Of a stretch of DNA of 64,000 nt, positions 18,315 to 29,457 are shown piece after piece. Made by a program: the position numbers and the translations under genes. Position 1 is the stretch's first letter. Each line of letters starts with the position of its first letter. Source of the stretch: Polyangiales bacterium (GTDB lineage: Bacteria; Myxococcota_A; Polyangia; Polyangiales; Ga0077539); NCBI GenBank assembly GCA_044229975.1, contig JBGARZ010000006.1, positions 384,001 through 448,000 on the forward strand, in the 5' to 3' direction. Below the pieces are notes generated by a model, which did not search any database, had not been told where the DNA came from, and was given only the letters and a program-made list of their open reading frames with translations.

Positions 18315-20000
18315 ATGTCTCGCGGCGACCGCGACGACGACGTCACCGGGCCTACACCGCCGTCACCATCGGGTAGTCTCCCGCTGCCCGCCATGTACCG
18401 CGAACCCTCGTACGCCCAGGCTGCCGACACGCTCACGCCCTTCGTCCGCCTCGCGGCCGGATCAGCGGGCGTCCCCGAGCTCCGCTTCGCGCCCGACATC
18501 CCCGCGAAGCAGCTCCAGGGGTGCCTCACCTTCGCGCAGGTCGCGCCCCACGAGCAGCCCGTGGCGCTCGTCGACACCACGGTGCTCCAGTCGGGCAAGG
18601 GCGGCGTGCTCGTCACCAACCTCGCCGTGCACATCGACTCGCCGCGCATGCGCATCCCGTTGGAGCTCGTTCAGTACGAGCCGACCTTTCCGCGCGGGCT
18701 CACCGAGGCCGGCGCGCTGCACACCACGCAGGGCGCGACGATGCTCCCGCGCATGCCGTCGCGCGAGGTCTCCATCGCCCTCGCGCGGCTCTTGAGCGCC
18801 GTCGCCCAGTGGGTGCGAAGCGGCGGTCGCGCGACCGTGGGCGCAGGCGCCGTCGCGGGGCCCGTCGGCGCGCTCGCGTCGCAGTGGCTGCGCGGCGAGG
18901 GCATCCTGTCGCGGCCGGTGATCGCGGCGCCGAAACTCCACGTCGTGGCGGGGTGCATGCCCGACTGGGTGGGCCCCGACACCGACGAGGAGCTCATCGC
19001 CCTCGTCGACGAGACCGTGAGCGGGGACGGCACGCGCGCCATCGTGTTCACCGACCGGCGCATCATCACCAACGCCGACACGCGGCCGATGCAGATCGCG
19101 TACGGCGCGATGCAGTCGGTCGAGGTCTTCAAGGGCATGGTCAACAGCTCGCTGCGCATCGCCGTCAATGGCTCGCGCATGGAGCTCAACACCGTCGCGA
19201 CGCGCGAGTCGGCGCAGGCCATGGGCGCGTTTCTGCACAACCTCCTGGCGCTGCCGCCGGACTATCGACGCGCGGCGCCTGCCGAGGCGCCGGGGGCCGA
19301 TGATCCGACGGGGGCGATGGCCTCGCTGCGCGCGCAGCCGTGGCCCGACCCGCGGGTGTCGGCGCTGTTCGAGCTCATCCACGCGGCGCACGCGAAGGGG
19401 GAGGTTCCGCTGGAGGCGGCGGGCGACCTCGTGGTGCGAACGCGGTTGCTCCAGCGCGCGGTGGGCTCGGGGCACGGGCGCTACAACGGCGCGTGCGTGT
19501 CGCCGTTGTCAGTGGTCGACCTCGACTTCCTGCTCTTTCAGAGCCTGGGGCAACCCTTTCGGCAGCAGGTGGTGCCGGGCGGCAAGGTGCTGGAGTTCGA
19601 CCTGCGAACGGGCGGCAACGCGGCGGGGATGATCGCCTCCAACGTGGTCGGCCTCGCGATGCTCGCGGTGGTCGGCATCGGCTGGGTGGGCGGCGGCGGC
19701 AACCGCTCGCAGCAGGTGTTCGCGCGCATCTACGAGGCGCCGGTGGGGTCGTACTTCTCGCTCACTGACGCGTCGGGCAAGAGCCTCGCGGAGTCGGAGC
19801 CGAAGCTCTACGGCACGCTCTCGTCGGCCTTCGCGGACGCCGCCGCCGACACGCTGCTGCGACGCGTTCTGTTTGGGTGGAACCATCCCCCGCACACGCT
19901 CCACGCGCTCCCGGTGGCGACCATCGAGCAGCGCGTCGTGGCGTTGTTGGGACGCGGTGATGCGGGGGTGTTTCTGCGACGCGACGGGCTCGGCGGCTGA
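18315..20000 (+). CDS. Hypothetical protein with two repeated PH-like modules
   Basis: Internal repeat EQPVALVDTTVLQSGKGGVLVT / EELIALVDETVSGDGTRAIVFTDRRI; one hydrophobic segment near the C-terminus. Confidence 0.7.
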   Translation: MSRGDRDDDVTGPTPPSPSGSLPLPAMYREPSYAQAADTLTPFVRLAAGSAGVPELRFAPDIPAKQLQGCLTFAQVAPHEQPVALVDTTVLQSGKGGVLVTNLAVHIDSPRMRIPLELVQYEPTFPRGLTEAGALHTTQGATMLPRMPSREVSIALARLLSAVAQWVRSGGRATVGAGAVAGPVGALASQWLRGEGILSRPVIAAPKLHVVAGCMPDWVGPDTDEELIALVDETVSGDGTRAIVFTDRRIITNADTRPMQIAYGAMQSVEVFKGMVNSSLRIAVNGSRMELNTVATRESAQAMGAFLHNLLALPPDYRRAAPAEAPGADDPTGAMASLRAQPWPDPRVSALFELIHAAHAKGEVPLEAAGDLVVRTRLLQRAVGSGHGRYNGACVSPLSVVDLDFLLFQSLGQPFRQQVVPGGKVLEFDLRTGGNAAGMIASNVVGLAMLAVVGIGWVGGGGNRSQQVFARIYEAPVGSYFSLTDASGKSLAESEPKLYGTLSSAFADAAADTLLRRVLFGWNHPPHTLHALPVATIEQRVVALLGRGDAGVFLRRDGLGG

Positions 20001-20003
20001 CGG

Positions 20004-21332
20004 CTACGCCTGGCGCTTGATGGCCGCCGCGAGCGTTCCGACGAGCTCGTCGATGTGCGACTGCTCGACGATGTACGGCGGGCACAACACCAGGTTTTCG
20101 CCCGCGGCGCGCACCAGCGTCCCGTGGTGGAAGCAGTCCAGAAACACCTCGTACGCCCGCTTGCCCGGCGCGCCCGCGATGCCGCTCAGCTCCACCGCGC
20201 CCGCAAGACCCAGCGTGCGGATGCCCACCACGTTGGGCAGTCCCTTGAGCGCCGCGTGCATCGCGTCGCCCAGCGCCTTGCCCATCACGCCCGCGCGGGC
20301 GATGAGGCCCTCTTCCTTCATCAGGTCGAGCGTCGCGACGGCCGCGGCGCACGCCACCGGGTGACCCGAGTACGTGTACCCGTGGAGAAACTCCACCGCG
20401 TGCTCGGGGCCGGTCATCATCGCGTCGTAGAGGTGGTCGCGACACACCACGCCGCCCAGCGGAATCACCCCGTTGGTCACACACTTGGCGAAGTTGAGCA
20501 TGTCGGGAACGACCCCGAAGTAGTCCGCGCCGAAGCCCGTCCCGAGTCGGCCGAAGCCCGTGATGACCTCGTCGAAGATGAGCAGGATGCCGTGCTTGTC
20601 GCAGATCTCGCGCAGGCGCTTCAGGTACCCCTTCGGCGGGATGTACCAGCCCGCGCTCCCCGCGATGGGCTCCACGATGATGGCCGCGACGTTGCTCGGG
20701 TCGTGCAGCGGCAGGATGCGCGTCTCCAGCTCGACGAGCGGGTCTTCCGCCCAGACGGGTTCTTCGTTGTGGATGTACGCGTGATTGACCGGGTCGTGCA
20801 TGAAGCGCAGGTGGTCGACGCGCGGCAGCAGCGCGGCCCCGAACGCCTTGCGGTTGGCGGGAATGCCACCGACGCTCATGCCGCCAAAACCGACGCCGTG
20901 ATAGCCGCGCTCGCGGCCGATGAAGACGGTGCGGTGGCCTTCGCCGCGCGCCCGGTGGTAGGCGAGCGCGACCTTCAATGAGGTGTCGGCGGCCTCCGAG
21001 CCGGAGTTGCAGAACAGCACCTTGTTGAGGTCGCCCGGCGCCATGGAGGCGATGCGCTCGGCCGCGAGGAAGGCCTGGTCGTTGCCGATCTGGAACGCCG
21101 TCGCGTAGTCGAGCGTGTCGAGCTGCCGCTTGATGGCCTCGTTGATGGGGCGGCGGTTGTGGCCCGCGCCGACGCACCAGAGGCTCGACACGCCGTCGAT
21201 GACCTTGCGGCCGTCGTGCGTGGTGAAGTGCATGCCCTCGGCGGCGACGAAGACCCGCGGGTCCTTGCGGAAGTGACGGTTGGACGTGAAGGGCAACCAG
21301 TGGTTGTCCATCGTGAACTCGGGAGTCGTCAT
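20004..21332 (-). CDS. Class III PLP aminotransferase (omega-amino acid/beta-alanine:pyruvate type)
   Basis: WLPFT, SSLWCVGAGH, NSGSEA, GYHG, LIFDEVITGFGRLG, FAK (PLP Lys), HGYTYSGHP. Confidence 0.93.
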   Translation of the reverse strand: MTTPEFTMDNHWLPFTSNRHFRKDPRVFVAAEGMHFTTHDGRKVIDGVSSLWCVGAGHNRRPINEAIKRQLDTLDYATAFQIGNDQAFLAAERIASMAPGDLNKVLFCNSGSEAADTSLKVALAYHRARGEGHRTVFIGRERGYHGVGFGGMSVGGIPANRKAFGAALLPRVDHLRFMHDPVNHAYIHNEEPVWAEDPLVELETRILPLHDPSNVAAIIVEPIAGSAGWYIPPKGYLKRLREICDKHGILLIFDEVITGFGRLGTGFGADYFGVVPDMLNFAKCVTNGVIPLGGVVCRDHLYDAMMTGPEHAVEFLHGYTYSGHPVACAAAVATLDLMKEEGLIARAGVMGKALGDAMHAALKGLPNVVGIRTLGLAGAVELSGIAGAPGKRAYEVFLDCFHHGTLVRAAGENLVLCPPYIVEQSHIDELVGTLAAAIKRQA

Positions 21333-21348
21333 GGGAGTGATGTCCTCT

Positions 21349-22401
21349 CTACGGCCAGGGGAACACCGCCGCCTCGCCGTGGCGCTCCACCTGTCGGCGG
21401 AGGTTGGCGAGCAGCGCCTGTCGGCGGAGCTCATACCCGGTATAGGCCCGCGACGCGACGAGGTGCACCGTGCTCGCCATCGGGTCGTGCGACACCGACT
21501 CGCGCAGCACCTCCGGCGTCACGCGCTGCACCGACTCGTACAGGTAGCGCGGCACGCGGCGCACCACGTTGGGATCACCCAGGCGGTTGATGACGTCGGG
21601 AAACCACCCGGCGTCGTTGTCGCGGAACACCAGGTCGTCGTGCTCGTCGGCGGTGATGTTGCAGCAGTTCCAGCGGTCGTAGTTGGCGGCGAGGTAGTCG
21701 AAGACGAGCACCTCGGACACCTGCCGCGCGCGCTCTCGCAACGCGCCTTCGGGGAGCGGCCGCGCGGGGTTGACCCACGACGACCATTCGCGACGCGCCG
21801 GGGGCAGGTGCATGTTCACGCGGTTGAGCGTGGGCATCCACACGCTGGCTGAGCCGAGCACCATCCCGCGGCGGTCGACCACGAGGTTGACGCCGCGCGC
21901 GAAGCGGCCAAACGCCGCCAGCGGAACGCGCTTGCCCACCGTCGGCGGCACGCGGTTGTCGATGCCGAGCAGCCGCGCCAGGTGATACGAGGTCACCTCG
22001 CGACGCCAGAAGGTCTCCTGCCCGGGGCGCTCGGGCTGGAAGCTGATCTCCACGCCGTCGCCGAGGTCCATGTGGAAGACGAAGAGCGTGCTGTGGAAGC
22101 GCTCCATCGTCCGCACCACCGGGCGCTCGGACATCTGCCGCAGCCACTCGTCCTCGCTGCGACCGCGAAACATCCGCACGCGCTCGCCCGTCGGCGCTGC
22201 TGCGACCACCGCAGCGTCGGGCGGAGGGCCCGCGTCGGGCACCGCGGCGTCGACCACCACCGTCGGCGCGACCGGGACATCCGCGGGCGCCTCGACGACC
22301 CTGGGCGACGTCGCCGGGGTGACGGGTGGCGCCGACGGCGAGGCGCACGCGGCGAGAGCGACCATCGCGCCAACGAGAGAAGAGAGACGACGAGAGCTCA
22401 T
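21349..22401 (-). CDS. Lipoprotein with an atypical kinase fold (Fam20/Four-jointed-like)
   Basis: Lipobox LAAC; Pro/Ala linker; REVTSYHLARLLG, VPPTVG, VFDYLAANYDR, FRDND. Confidence 0.75.
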   Translation of the reverse strand: MSSRRLSSLVGAMVALAACASPSAPPVTPATSPRVVEAPADVPVAPTVVVDAAVPDAGPPPDAAVVAAAPTGERVRMFRGRSEDEWLRQMSERPVVRTMERFHSTLFVFHMDLGDGVEISFQPERPGQETFWRREVTSYHLARLLGIDNRVPPTVGKRVPLAAFGRFARGVNLVVDRRGMVLGSASVWMPTLNRVNMHLPPARREWSSWVNPARPLPEGALRERARQVSEVLVFDYLAANYDRWNCCNITADEHDDLVFRDNDAGWFPDVINRLGDPNVVRRVPRYLYESVQRVTPEVLRESVSHDPMASTVHLVASRAYTGYELRRQALLANLRRQVERHGEAAVFPWP

Positions 22402-22455
22402 GCGGTGGGTCGTTAGGTTCTGTCAGGGCGTCGGGTCGAAGCAAGAAAGTCCGCG

Positions 22456-23019
22456 TCACCGCGCCCGGCGCCAGCGCCACGCGGCCACCATCGCCCCGAA
22501 AACCAGCGCGCCCAGCAGCACCACCCGCGCCGACACCCCGTGCCGCAGCACCACGTCCACCCGCTGCTCGATGCGCCTGCCGTCGCGCCCGCCAGCGTGG
22601 CCGTCGATCGAGAAGCGCTCGTCGTGCTCCCTCACCACCGGCACCCAGCGCACCGTCGCGCCGCGCGCTCGCACCCTCGTCGCCACGTCGTCGAGCAGTC
22701 CCGTCGAACGCGTTTCGACGTCGGCGCTCACCAGCGCAAACGCTCCCGCCACCGTCGCTCCGGGCGGCGCCTGCGTCGCGTGGTGCAACGTCAGCGACAG
22801 CTCCATCGATGGGCATCGGTACGTCGCCCGAACCGTCGCTCCCTCCACGCTTGCGCCCGCGAGACGACACCCGCCGTGCAGCACATCGCGACCGCCCAGC
22901 ATCGCCAGCACCGCGCGCTCCTGGCCGGGCGGAATCACGCACTCGTCGCACTCCTCGGGCGGCAGCGACCGCGCCTCACACGCAGCAAGCAACAGCAGCA
23001 ACCACCAGGGGCGCGTCAC
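22456..23019 (-). CDS. Hypothetical lipoprotein/membrane protein
   Basis: GTG start coupled to the upstream stop; LLLAAC lipobox; C-terminal TM followed by basic residues. Confidence 0.55.
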   Translation of the reverse strand: MTRPWWLLLLLAACEARSLPPEECDECVIPPGQERAVLAMLGGRDVLHGGCRLAGASVEGATVRATYRCPSMELSLTLHHATQAPPGATVAGAFALVSADVETRSTGLLDDVATRVRARGATVRWVPVVREHDERFSIDGHAGGRDGRRIEQRVDVVLRHGVSARVVLLGALVFGAMVAAWRWRRAR

Positions 23020-24698
23020 GGGCGGTCCCACCGGAGAACGGCGATGGTCACCGACGGATCGAAGCTCGGGATGTCGTGCGACGGGTTCGTCGAGCGGCGG
23101 ATCACCCGCGACGCCACGGTGCGCCACGGCAGCGCGTCGAGCGCATCGGCGCACGCGGGGATCATCCGCCCGAACGGCGTCACGCGGCTCTCCGTGAGGG
23201 TGAGCGCCGACGCGTCACCGCAGCCGCGCGGGCCGGGAGTGATGCAGAGCGGGTTCACGAAGCACACGCGGTCGAGCAGCAGGTACACGGGTCCTGCGAC
23301 GGTGGACGACGCCACCCGCGGGAGCATCGACGCGCGGATGAAGCGCCAGCGCGGGTGCTGCGCGGTGACCCAGGTTCCGCCGACGTGCGGCAGCGGATCG
23401 TCGGGGAGGTACACCACCGCTCCGCGCTCGGGGAGCGCGCGGAGTGCGTCGTGGAAGAAGCGGTACTCCTGCACATGGGGCGTCGCGATGCGATAGCCGT
23501 CGGGACGCCGCCACAACGAGACCGCCGCGAGCGCCACCACGGCCCACGGCGCGACGAGTCGCAGCCGCGTCGGCAACCGCTTCGCCAGCGTCGCGACGAG
23601 CCAGCCCACCGGGATCAACAGCGCCGCCATCGACAGGAGCTGGTGACGCAGTCCGGTGGGAAACCACCCCGTCCGCACGAGGCCGCCTTGCGCCAGCGCG
23701 ATGAGCGGAACCACCCCAACACCCAGCGCGAGGCGAACGTCCCTCCGTCGCACGCAGCCCACCGCGAGCGCGACGAGTGAGAGCGCCATGCACCAGCCCT
23801 CCCAGCGCGGGATGTACGGCTCCATCCACCCCACCCACCCAGGGTTGCGGTGCAGGTCGCTCAGCCACGGGAGGTTGGGCGCCCCCATGTAGCCGGGCGT
23901 CGCAGGCAGCGCGCGCCACGCCGAGACGATCCGCGCGGCCTGCACGATGAGCAACGCCGTCATGGCCGCGACTACGCCCACCGTCGCGCGCCACGCAACG
24001 CGCCCATCCGACGTACGCGCCGAGAGCAACGCCGGGACAGCGAGCGCCGCGAGGGGCAGCGTGATCTCGCGCGACGCGGCCGCGAGGCTGAGGGACAGCG
24101 CGCCGAGCGCGAGGGTGGCGCGGAGTCGTTGTGCAGCGCCGACGTGGAGCAGCGCGATGCCCGCGAGTCCGAGGCCCGACGCGGATACGAGAAACTCTTC
24201 CGTCGTCGCCATCGCGATGGCGAGCGGTTGGAGCGCGAGCAACGCGCCCGCGGTGTAGCCCGCGGTCACCGATCGGGTGACGAGGGACGTGTACGCGGTG
24301 AGTCCAACAACGGCGACGGAGGAGAGCACCGCGCCGAGGACGAACGCCCCGTGATCGCCGCCGCCTGCGAGACGAACGAGGAGGAGGTGCGCGGACGGGA
24401 CGCCGTGGGCTTCGGCAAGCGCGTTGAGACCAGGGGTCCAGGCGAGGTAGCGGTAGCCGTGGTGGTTCTCGTGGATGAGCGAGTGCGAGCCGAGCGTGAG
24501 GCGCAGCGCGAGGGCCGCGGCGAAGAGCGCCAACGCGAGCGCGAGATCACGGCGGCGGTGCGTCCAAGAGAGGCGCGAGAGCTCGACGAGCGCGGAGGGC
24601 GCGATGGCCACAGCGGCGAGCACCACGAGCAGGAGGAGTGTGATGGGGAGCGAGGTCGCGGTCGGTCGCAGCAGGTCGAGGTCGATGGTGGGGATCAC
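23016..24698 (-). CDS. Polytopic membrane protein, putative GT-C glycosyltransferase
   Basis: ALALRL followed by a loop with HENHHGY; ~12 TMs; RE and RH motifs; C-terminal soluble domain. Architecture resembles PMT/ArnT. Confidence 0.55.
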   Translation of the reverse strand: MIPTIDLDLLRPTATSLPITLLLLVVLAAVAIAPSALVELSRLSWTHRRRDLALALALFAAALALRLTLGSHSLIHENHHGYRYLAWTPGLNALAEAHGVPSAHLLLVRLAGGGDHGAFVLGAVLSSVAVVGLTAYTSLVTRSVTAGYTAGALLALQPLAIAMATTEEFLVSASGLGLAGIALLHVGAAQRLRATLALGALSLSLAAASREITLPLAALAVPALLSARTSDGRVAWRATVGVVAAMTALLIVQAARIVSAWRALPATPGYMGAPNLPWLSDLHRNPGWVGWMEPYIPRWEGWCMALSLVALAVGCVRRRDVRLALGVGVVPLIALAQGGLVRTGWFPTGLRHQLLSMAALLIPVGWLVATLAKRLPTRLRLVAPWAVVALAAVSLWRRPDGYRIATPHVQEYRFFHDALRALPERGAVVYLPDDPLPHVGGTWVTAQHPRWRFIRASMLPRVASSTVAGPVYLLLDRVCFVNPLCITPGPRGCGDASALTLTESRVTPFGRMIPACADALDALPWRTVASRVIRRSTNPSHDIPSFDPSVTIAVLRWDRP

Positions 24699-24708
24699 GG
24701 AGCCGCGA

Positions 24709-26172
24709 TCACCCGTCGACGCAGCGGATCTCGGTGGTCTCGAAGGCGCGGGTCTTGAGCAGGCCGCGGCCGAGGAGGAGCCGCGCGCACTCCTGCACGC
24801 CTTCGGTGATGGCGGGATGGGGATGCACGCAGTAGTCGATGTCTTCGAGCGCGGCGCCCTGGTCGATGAGGAAGGCGACGCCCTGGATGCAGCTCGACGC
24901 CTCGGGGCCGACGACGCGCAGGCCGAGCACCTTGTGCGGCGGGTCGCGCGAGGCGAGCAGCTTCACGAAGCCGTCGACGCGGCGCATGGCGACGTAGCGG
25001 CTGATGAGCCGACCCGAGAGCACGGCGCAACGGTAGGGGATGCCCTGCTTGCGGCACTGCTGTTCGTTGAGCCCCACCGAGGCGACCTCGGGCTCAAGAA
25101 ACATGATTGCTGACAGCGCTTCGTAGTGGATGTCGCGCGGTGTCTTTCCGCACGCGAGCTCGGCGGCGTGGCGGCCTTCGAGCTCGCCGACGTTGACGAG
25201 GGCGACGTCCATGGTGACGTCGCCGACGGCGTAGATGTGCGGGACGGAGGTGACGGTCCCGCTGACCTCGACGCTGCCGTTGGGGAGCAGCTTGACGCCC
25301 GCGAGGTCGAGTCCGAGGCCGTCGGTGTTGGGGACGCGGCCGATGCTGACGAGGGCGCGCTCGACGCGGATGGTCTCGCGTCCGCGGGGCGAATCGATGA
25401 CGTACTCGACGTGGTCGCCGACCGGAGTGAGCGAGACGAGCTTCGACTCGCGGTGGATGACGATGCCCATGCGCTCGAAGTTGCGCGCGACGCACTCGGC
25501 GACGTCCTCGTCCTCGAAGGGCAGGATGCGGGGCTGGCGGTCGATGATGTGGATCTTCGTCTTGCCGAAGTGCGCGAACATGGTCGCGTACTCGCAGCCG
25601 ACGACGCCGGCGCCGACGATGACGACGCTCTCGGGGAAGCGTTCCCAGCGCTCGATGTGGTCGCTGGTGACGACGCGAACGCCGTCGATGGTGACGCCGT
25701 CGAGCTGCCGCGGTCGCGACCCCGTCGCGAGGACGAAGTGGGAGGAGTGTTGGAGGGAGACGGTTCCGTCGGGGGCGGTGACCTCGATGGTGTGCGCGTC
25801 GACGAAGCGGGCGGCGCCGCGGAGCAGCGTGACGGAGCCGCCTTCGGGCGAGGGGACGGCGAGGCGGGCGAGCTGTTGTTCGAGGAGGGCGCGGCGCTCG
25901 TCGACGGCGCAGCGGACGGTGGCCATGACGTCGGCGTAGTCGACGCGGAGGTTGTCGGCGCGGTAGCCGCGGTCGGTGCGCGCGGCCGTGGCGTAGTCGT
26001 TGGACAGGTGCCACAGGGTCTTGGAGGAGAGGGCGCCGTCGTGGATGCCGGTTCCGCCGACGCGGCCGCGCTCGACGAGGAGCACGCGGCGGCCGAGGTC
26101 GTAGGCGCGCATCGCGGCGGCGAACCCAGCGGGCCCGGCGCCGAGGACACAGAAGTCGTAGGTGGCATCCAT
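24709..26172 (-). CDS. FAD/NAD(P)-dependent pyridine nucleotide-disulfide oxidoreductase family protein (SthA/Lpd-like)
   Basis: GAGPAG, ATGSRP, GAGVVGCE, IYAVGD, HPHPAITE; no redox CxxxxC. Confidence 0.88.
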   Translation of the reverse strand: MDATYDFCVLGAGPAGFAAAMRAYDLGRRVLLVERGRVGGTGIHDGALSSKTLWHLSNDYATAARTDRGYRADNLRVDYADVMATVRCAVDERRALLEQQLARLAVPSPEGGSVTLLRGAARFVDAHTIEVTAPDGTVSLQHSSHFVLATGSRPRQLDGVTIDGVRVVTSDHIERWERFPESVVIVGAGVVGCEYATMFAHFGKTKIHIIDRQPRILPFEDEDVAECVARNFERMGIVIHRESKLVSLTPVGDHVEYVIDSPRGRETIRVERALVSIGRVPNTDGLGLDLAGVKLLPNGSVEVSGTVTSVPHIYAVGDVTMDVALVNVGELEGRHAAELACGKTPRDIHYEALSAIMFLEPEVASVGLNEQQCRKQGIPYRCAVLSGRLISRYVAMRRVDGFVKLLASRDPPHKVLGLRVVGPEASSCIQGVAFLIDQGAALEDIDYCVHPHPAITEGVQECARLLLGRGLLKTRAFETTEIRCVDG

Positions 26173-26242
26173 CGATCGCGAGCGTACCGGAGGAACGGCG
26201 ACGGGCGGGAACTCTCCGCCGTCCCCGCTGTCACTCCATCCC

Positions 26243-27205
26243 ATGTCTACCGAGCAGCCCGCACGCGACGTCCTCCTCACCGCCCGCGGGCCCAATGCCT
26301 CCGTGCTCGCCTTCGCCGTGACCGCCCTCGTGGTGGGCGCACTGGTTCATGTGTGGACGATCTGGTTCAGCACAGACCAGCAACTACTCGTGAGTGCCGC
26401 CACCTTCGCGACCGCGTGTGGAGCCATCGTCGCCGTCGCCGCCCGCATCCGACACCGTGTCGGCGCTCTCCTCGCGCTAATGTCCGGCTGCGTTGCGTTG
26501 ATCGCGGTCACCGCTTCGGAGTGGACCTGTGCCGCTGTGACCTATGCGCTGGGCGGCTACTGCTTCCAACGGGCGGGATACTGGGTCCTGGCCGAGCACC
26601 ACTGGGTCTGGTTTCCCATCGCGGTGTCCTCGCTCGCCGCGACCCTGACGCCCGTGCTGCTCGTCGCCCAGAGCGCGCGTCGCAAGCCCACGATCGACGC
26701 GCGCGCTCGGGTCGCCTTCGGCCTCGGCGCGTGCCTGGTCGTCGCGGCCGCGGTCGGTGCGCTGCTCTCCGTCGCGAGTCTCGCGTCGCTGTTGGCGCTG
26801 ACCATCGTCGGTGCGCTGATGCTCGGGGCCTCGCTCCTCGATGCGAGGCGTCGCGCCCACGCGCTCTCGGGCCTCGCCGACGACCGCGAGTCGTACGTGA
26901 CGCCCGCGCAAGAAGACGACCCCGTCGACCTGCCGTCGTTGGCGATCTTCCCCTCGCGGCTATCTCTCGGCGTCGTCCGTGTGGACGAGCCCGTTCGTCG
27001 AGATGCCTATCGTGCGCCCCGCCTGAGCGTCGCCGTCGCGCGCTGCCCTGTCGACGTCCGCGCAGCAGCGCAGTGCCTCAACCGGCAGGTGCGCGTCCGA
27101 TGGGCGTGGCTCGTGGCCTCGCTGCTCGTGGCCGTGTTCATCGATCAGGCCGATCGGACCATGCGGAGTCGAGAAGTCGCGCCGATCATCATCGAACTGC
27201 ATTGA
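26243..27205 (+). CDS. Hypothetical membrane protein
   Basis: Multiple hydrophobic helices; ATG 26243. Confidence 0.65.
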   Translation: MSTEQPARDVLLTARGPNASVLAFAVTALVVGALVHVWTIWFSTDQQLLVSAATFATACGAIVAVAARIRHRVGALLALMSGCVALIAVTASEWTCAAVTYALGGYCFQRAGYWVLAEHHWVWFPIAVSSLAATLTPVLLVAQSARRKPTIDARARVAFGLGACLVVAAAVGALLSVASLASLLALTIVGALMLGASLLDARRRAHALSGLADDRESYVTPAQEDDPVDLPSLAIFPSRLSLGVVRVDEPVRRDAYRAPRLSVAVARCPVDVRAAAQCLNRQVRVRWAWLVASLLVAVFIDQADRTMRSREVAPIIIELH

Positions 27206-27221
27206 GACCATGACGGCGTTG

Positions 27222-27268
27222 CCCGTTGGGCCGGGGTTTGGCGTTCGCCTGCACCCCGGCCCATCGGG
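27222..27268. terminator. GC-rich hairpin between convergent genes (probable bidirectional terminator)
   Basis: cccgttgggccggggt / accccggcccatcggg arms (15/16 complementary) with an inner ggc-gttc-gcc stem; no U-tract. Confidence 0.6.
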
Positions 27269-27278
27269 TCACACGAGA

Positions 27279-27740
27279 TCAGAGCCCCTGGGCGAACGCT
27301 TCGAGCTGCGTGATGCAGGTGTTCCACCCTTCGTGGAAGCCCATCTCCTCGTGCTTCTTCCGGTCGGCCTCGTCGCGGTGCAGCACGCGCACGTCGTAGC
27401 GGGTGCCGGCGCCCTCATCCTTCAACGAGAAGAACGCCGTCATCCCAAGCCACGGCGTCGCCGGGCACCAGCCGCCGGTGAGCATCGACGTGAACACGAT
27501 GCGCTCCTGCTCGACGACCTCGATGAAGCACCCCGGGTTGTCGCTCTCGCCACCATCGGGCCCGCGCATGAACGTGTAGAAGTCCCCGCCCGCGCGAAAC
27601 TCGAACGCCCGCACCTCGGTGGTCCACGGCTTCGGGCACCACCACTCGGCGAGCATCTTCGGGTCGGCCCACGCCCGCCACACGCGGGCCCGCGGGACGG
27701 CGAGAAAGCGGGAGATCTCGATGCCGTTATTCTTGTTCAT
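27279..27740 (-). CDS. SRPBCC/AHSA1-domain protein
   Basis: ISRFLAVPRARVWRAWADPKMLAEWWCP, EFRAGG, HEEMGFHEGW. Confidence 0.92.
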   Translation of the reverse strand: MNKNNGIEISRFLAVPRARVWRAWADPKMLAEWWCPKPWTTEVRAFEFRAGGDFYTFMRGPDGGESDNPGCFIEVVEQERIVFTSMLTGGWCPATPWLGMTAFFSLKDEGAGTRYDVRVLHRDEADRKKHEEMGFHEGWNTCITQLEAFAQGL

Positions 27741-28071
27741 TGTCCTTTTCACCTTTCAACAGCAGCTCGTCCATTCGATCGAAGCGCGACTCCCAGAGGG
27801 AGCGCTGTTCGGCGATCCACGACTGCGCGGCGTCGAGTCGCCTGGGGTCGAGGCGGCAGGTGCGCACGCGCCCGACCTTGCGGCTGGCGACGAGGCCGCT
27901 GTCTTCCAGCACCTTCAGGTGCTGAGAGACCGCGGGGAGCGACATCTTCAGGGGCCGCGCGAGCTCGCTCACGCTGGCCGGGCCGCGCACCAGTTGGGCG
28001 ATCATCGCCCGGCGCGTGGGGTCGGCCAGGGCCGAGTACACGAGGTCGAGCGCGGCCGATTGCTTAAGCAC
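27727..28071 (-). CDS. ArsR/SmtB family transcriptional regulator
   Basis: ALADPTRRAMI, SVSELA, SLPAVSQHLKVLEDSGLV, GRVR; standard ArsR-SRPBCC pair. Confidence 0.93.
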   Translation of the reverse strand: MLKQSAALDLVYSALADPTRRAMIAQLVRGPASVSELARPLKMSLPAVSQHLKVLEDSGLVASRKVGRVRTCRLDPRRLDAAQSWIAEQRSLWESRFDRMDELLLKGEKDNEQE

Positions 28072-28197
28072 GTCGTTTAGTATCGCGCCGCACCGACGGG
28101 CGCAAGAAGAAAGAACAGAACTCGCTTAAGTGTCGCGGTCACCGCTCCGCGTTTCGCGCTAGTCGTCCGCCCCCCACCTGACCTATAGACGTCGGCC

Positions 28198-29453
<1,256 letters not shown>

Positions 29454-29457
<4 letters not shown>

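Noticed and set aside
28058..28135. ArsR operator (tgcttaagca palindrome and a second cttaag)
   Set aside because: Plausible autoregulatory site at the start codon, but too short and imperfect to call.
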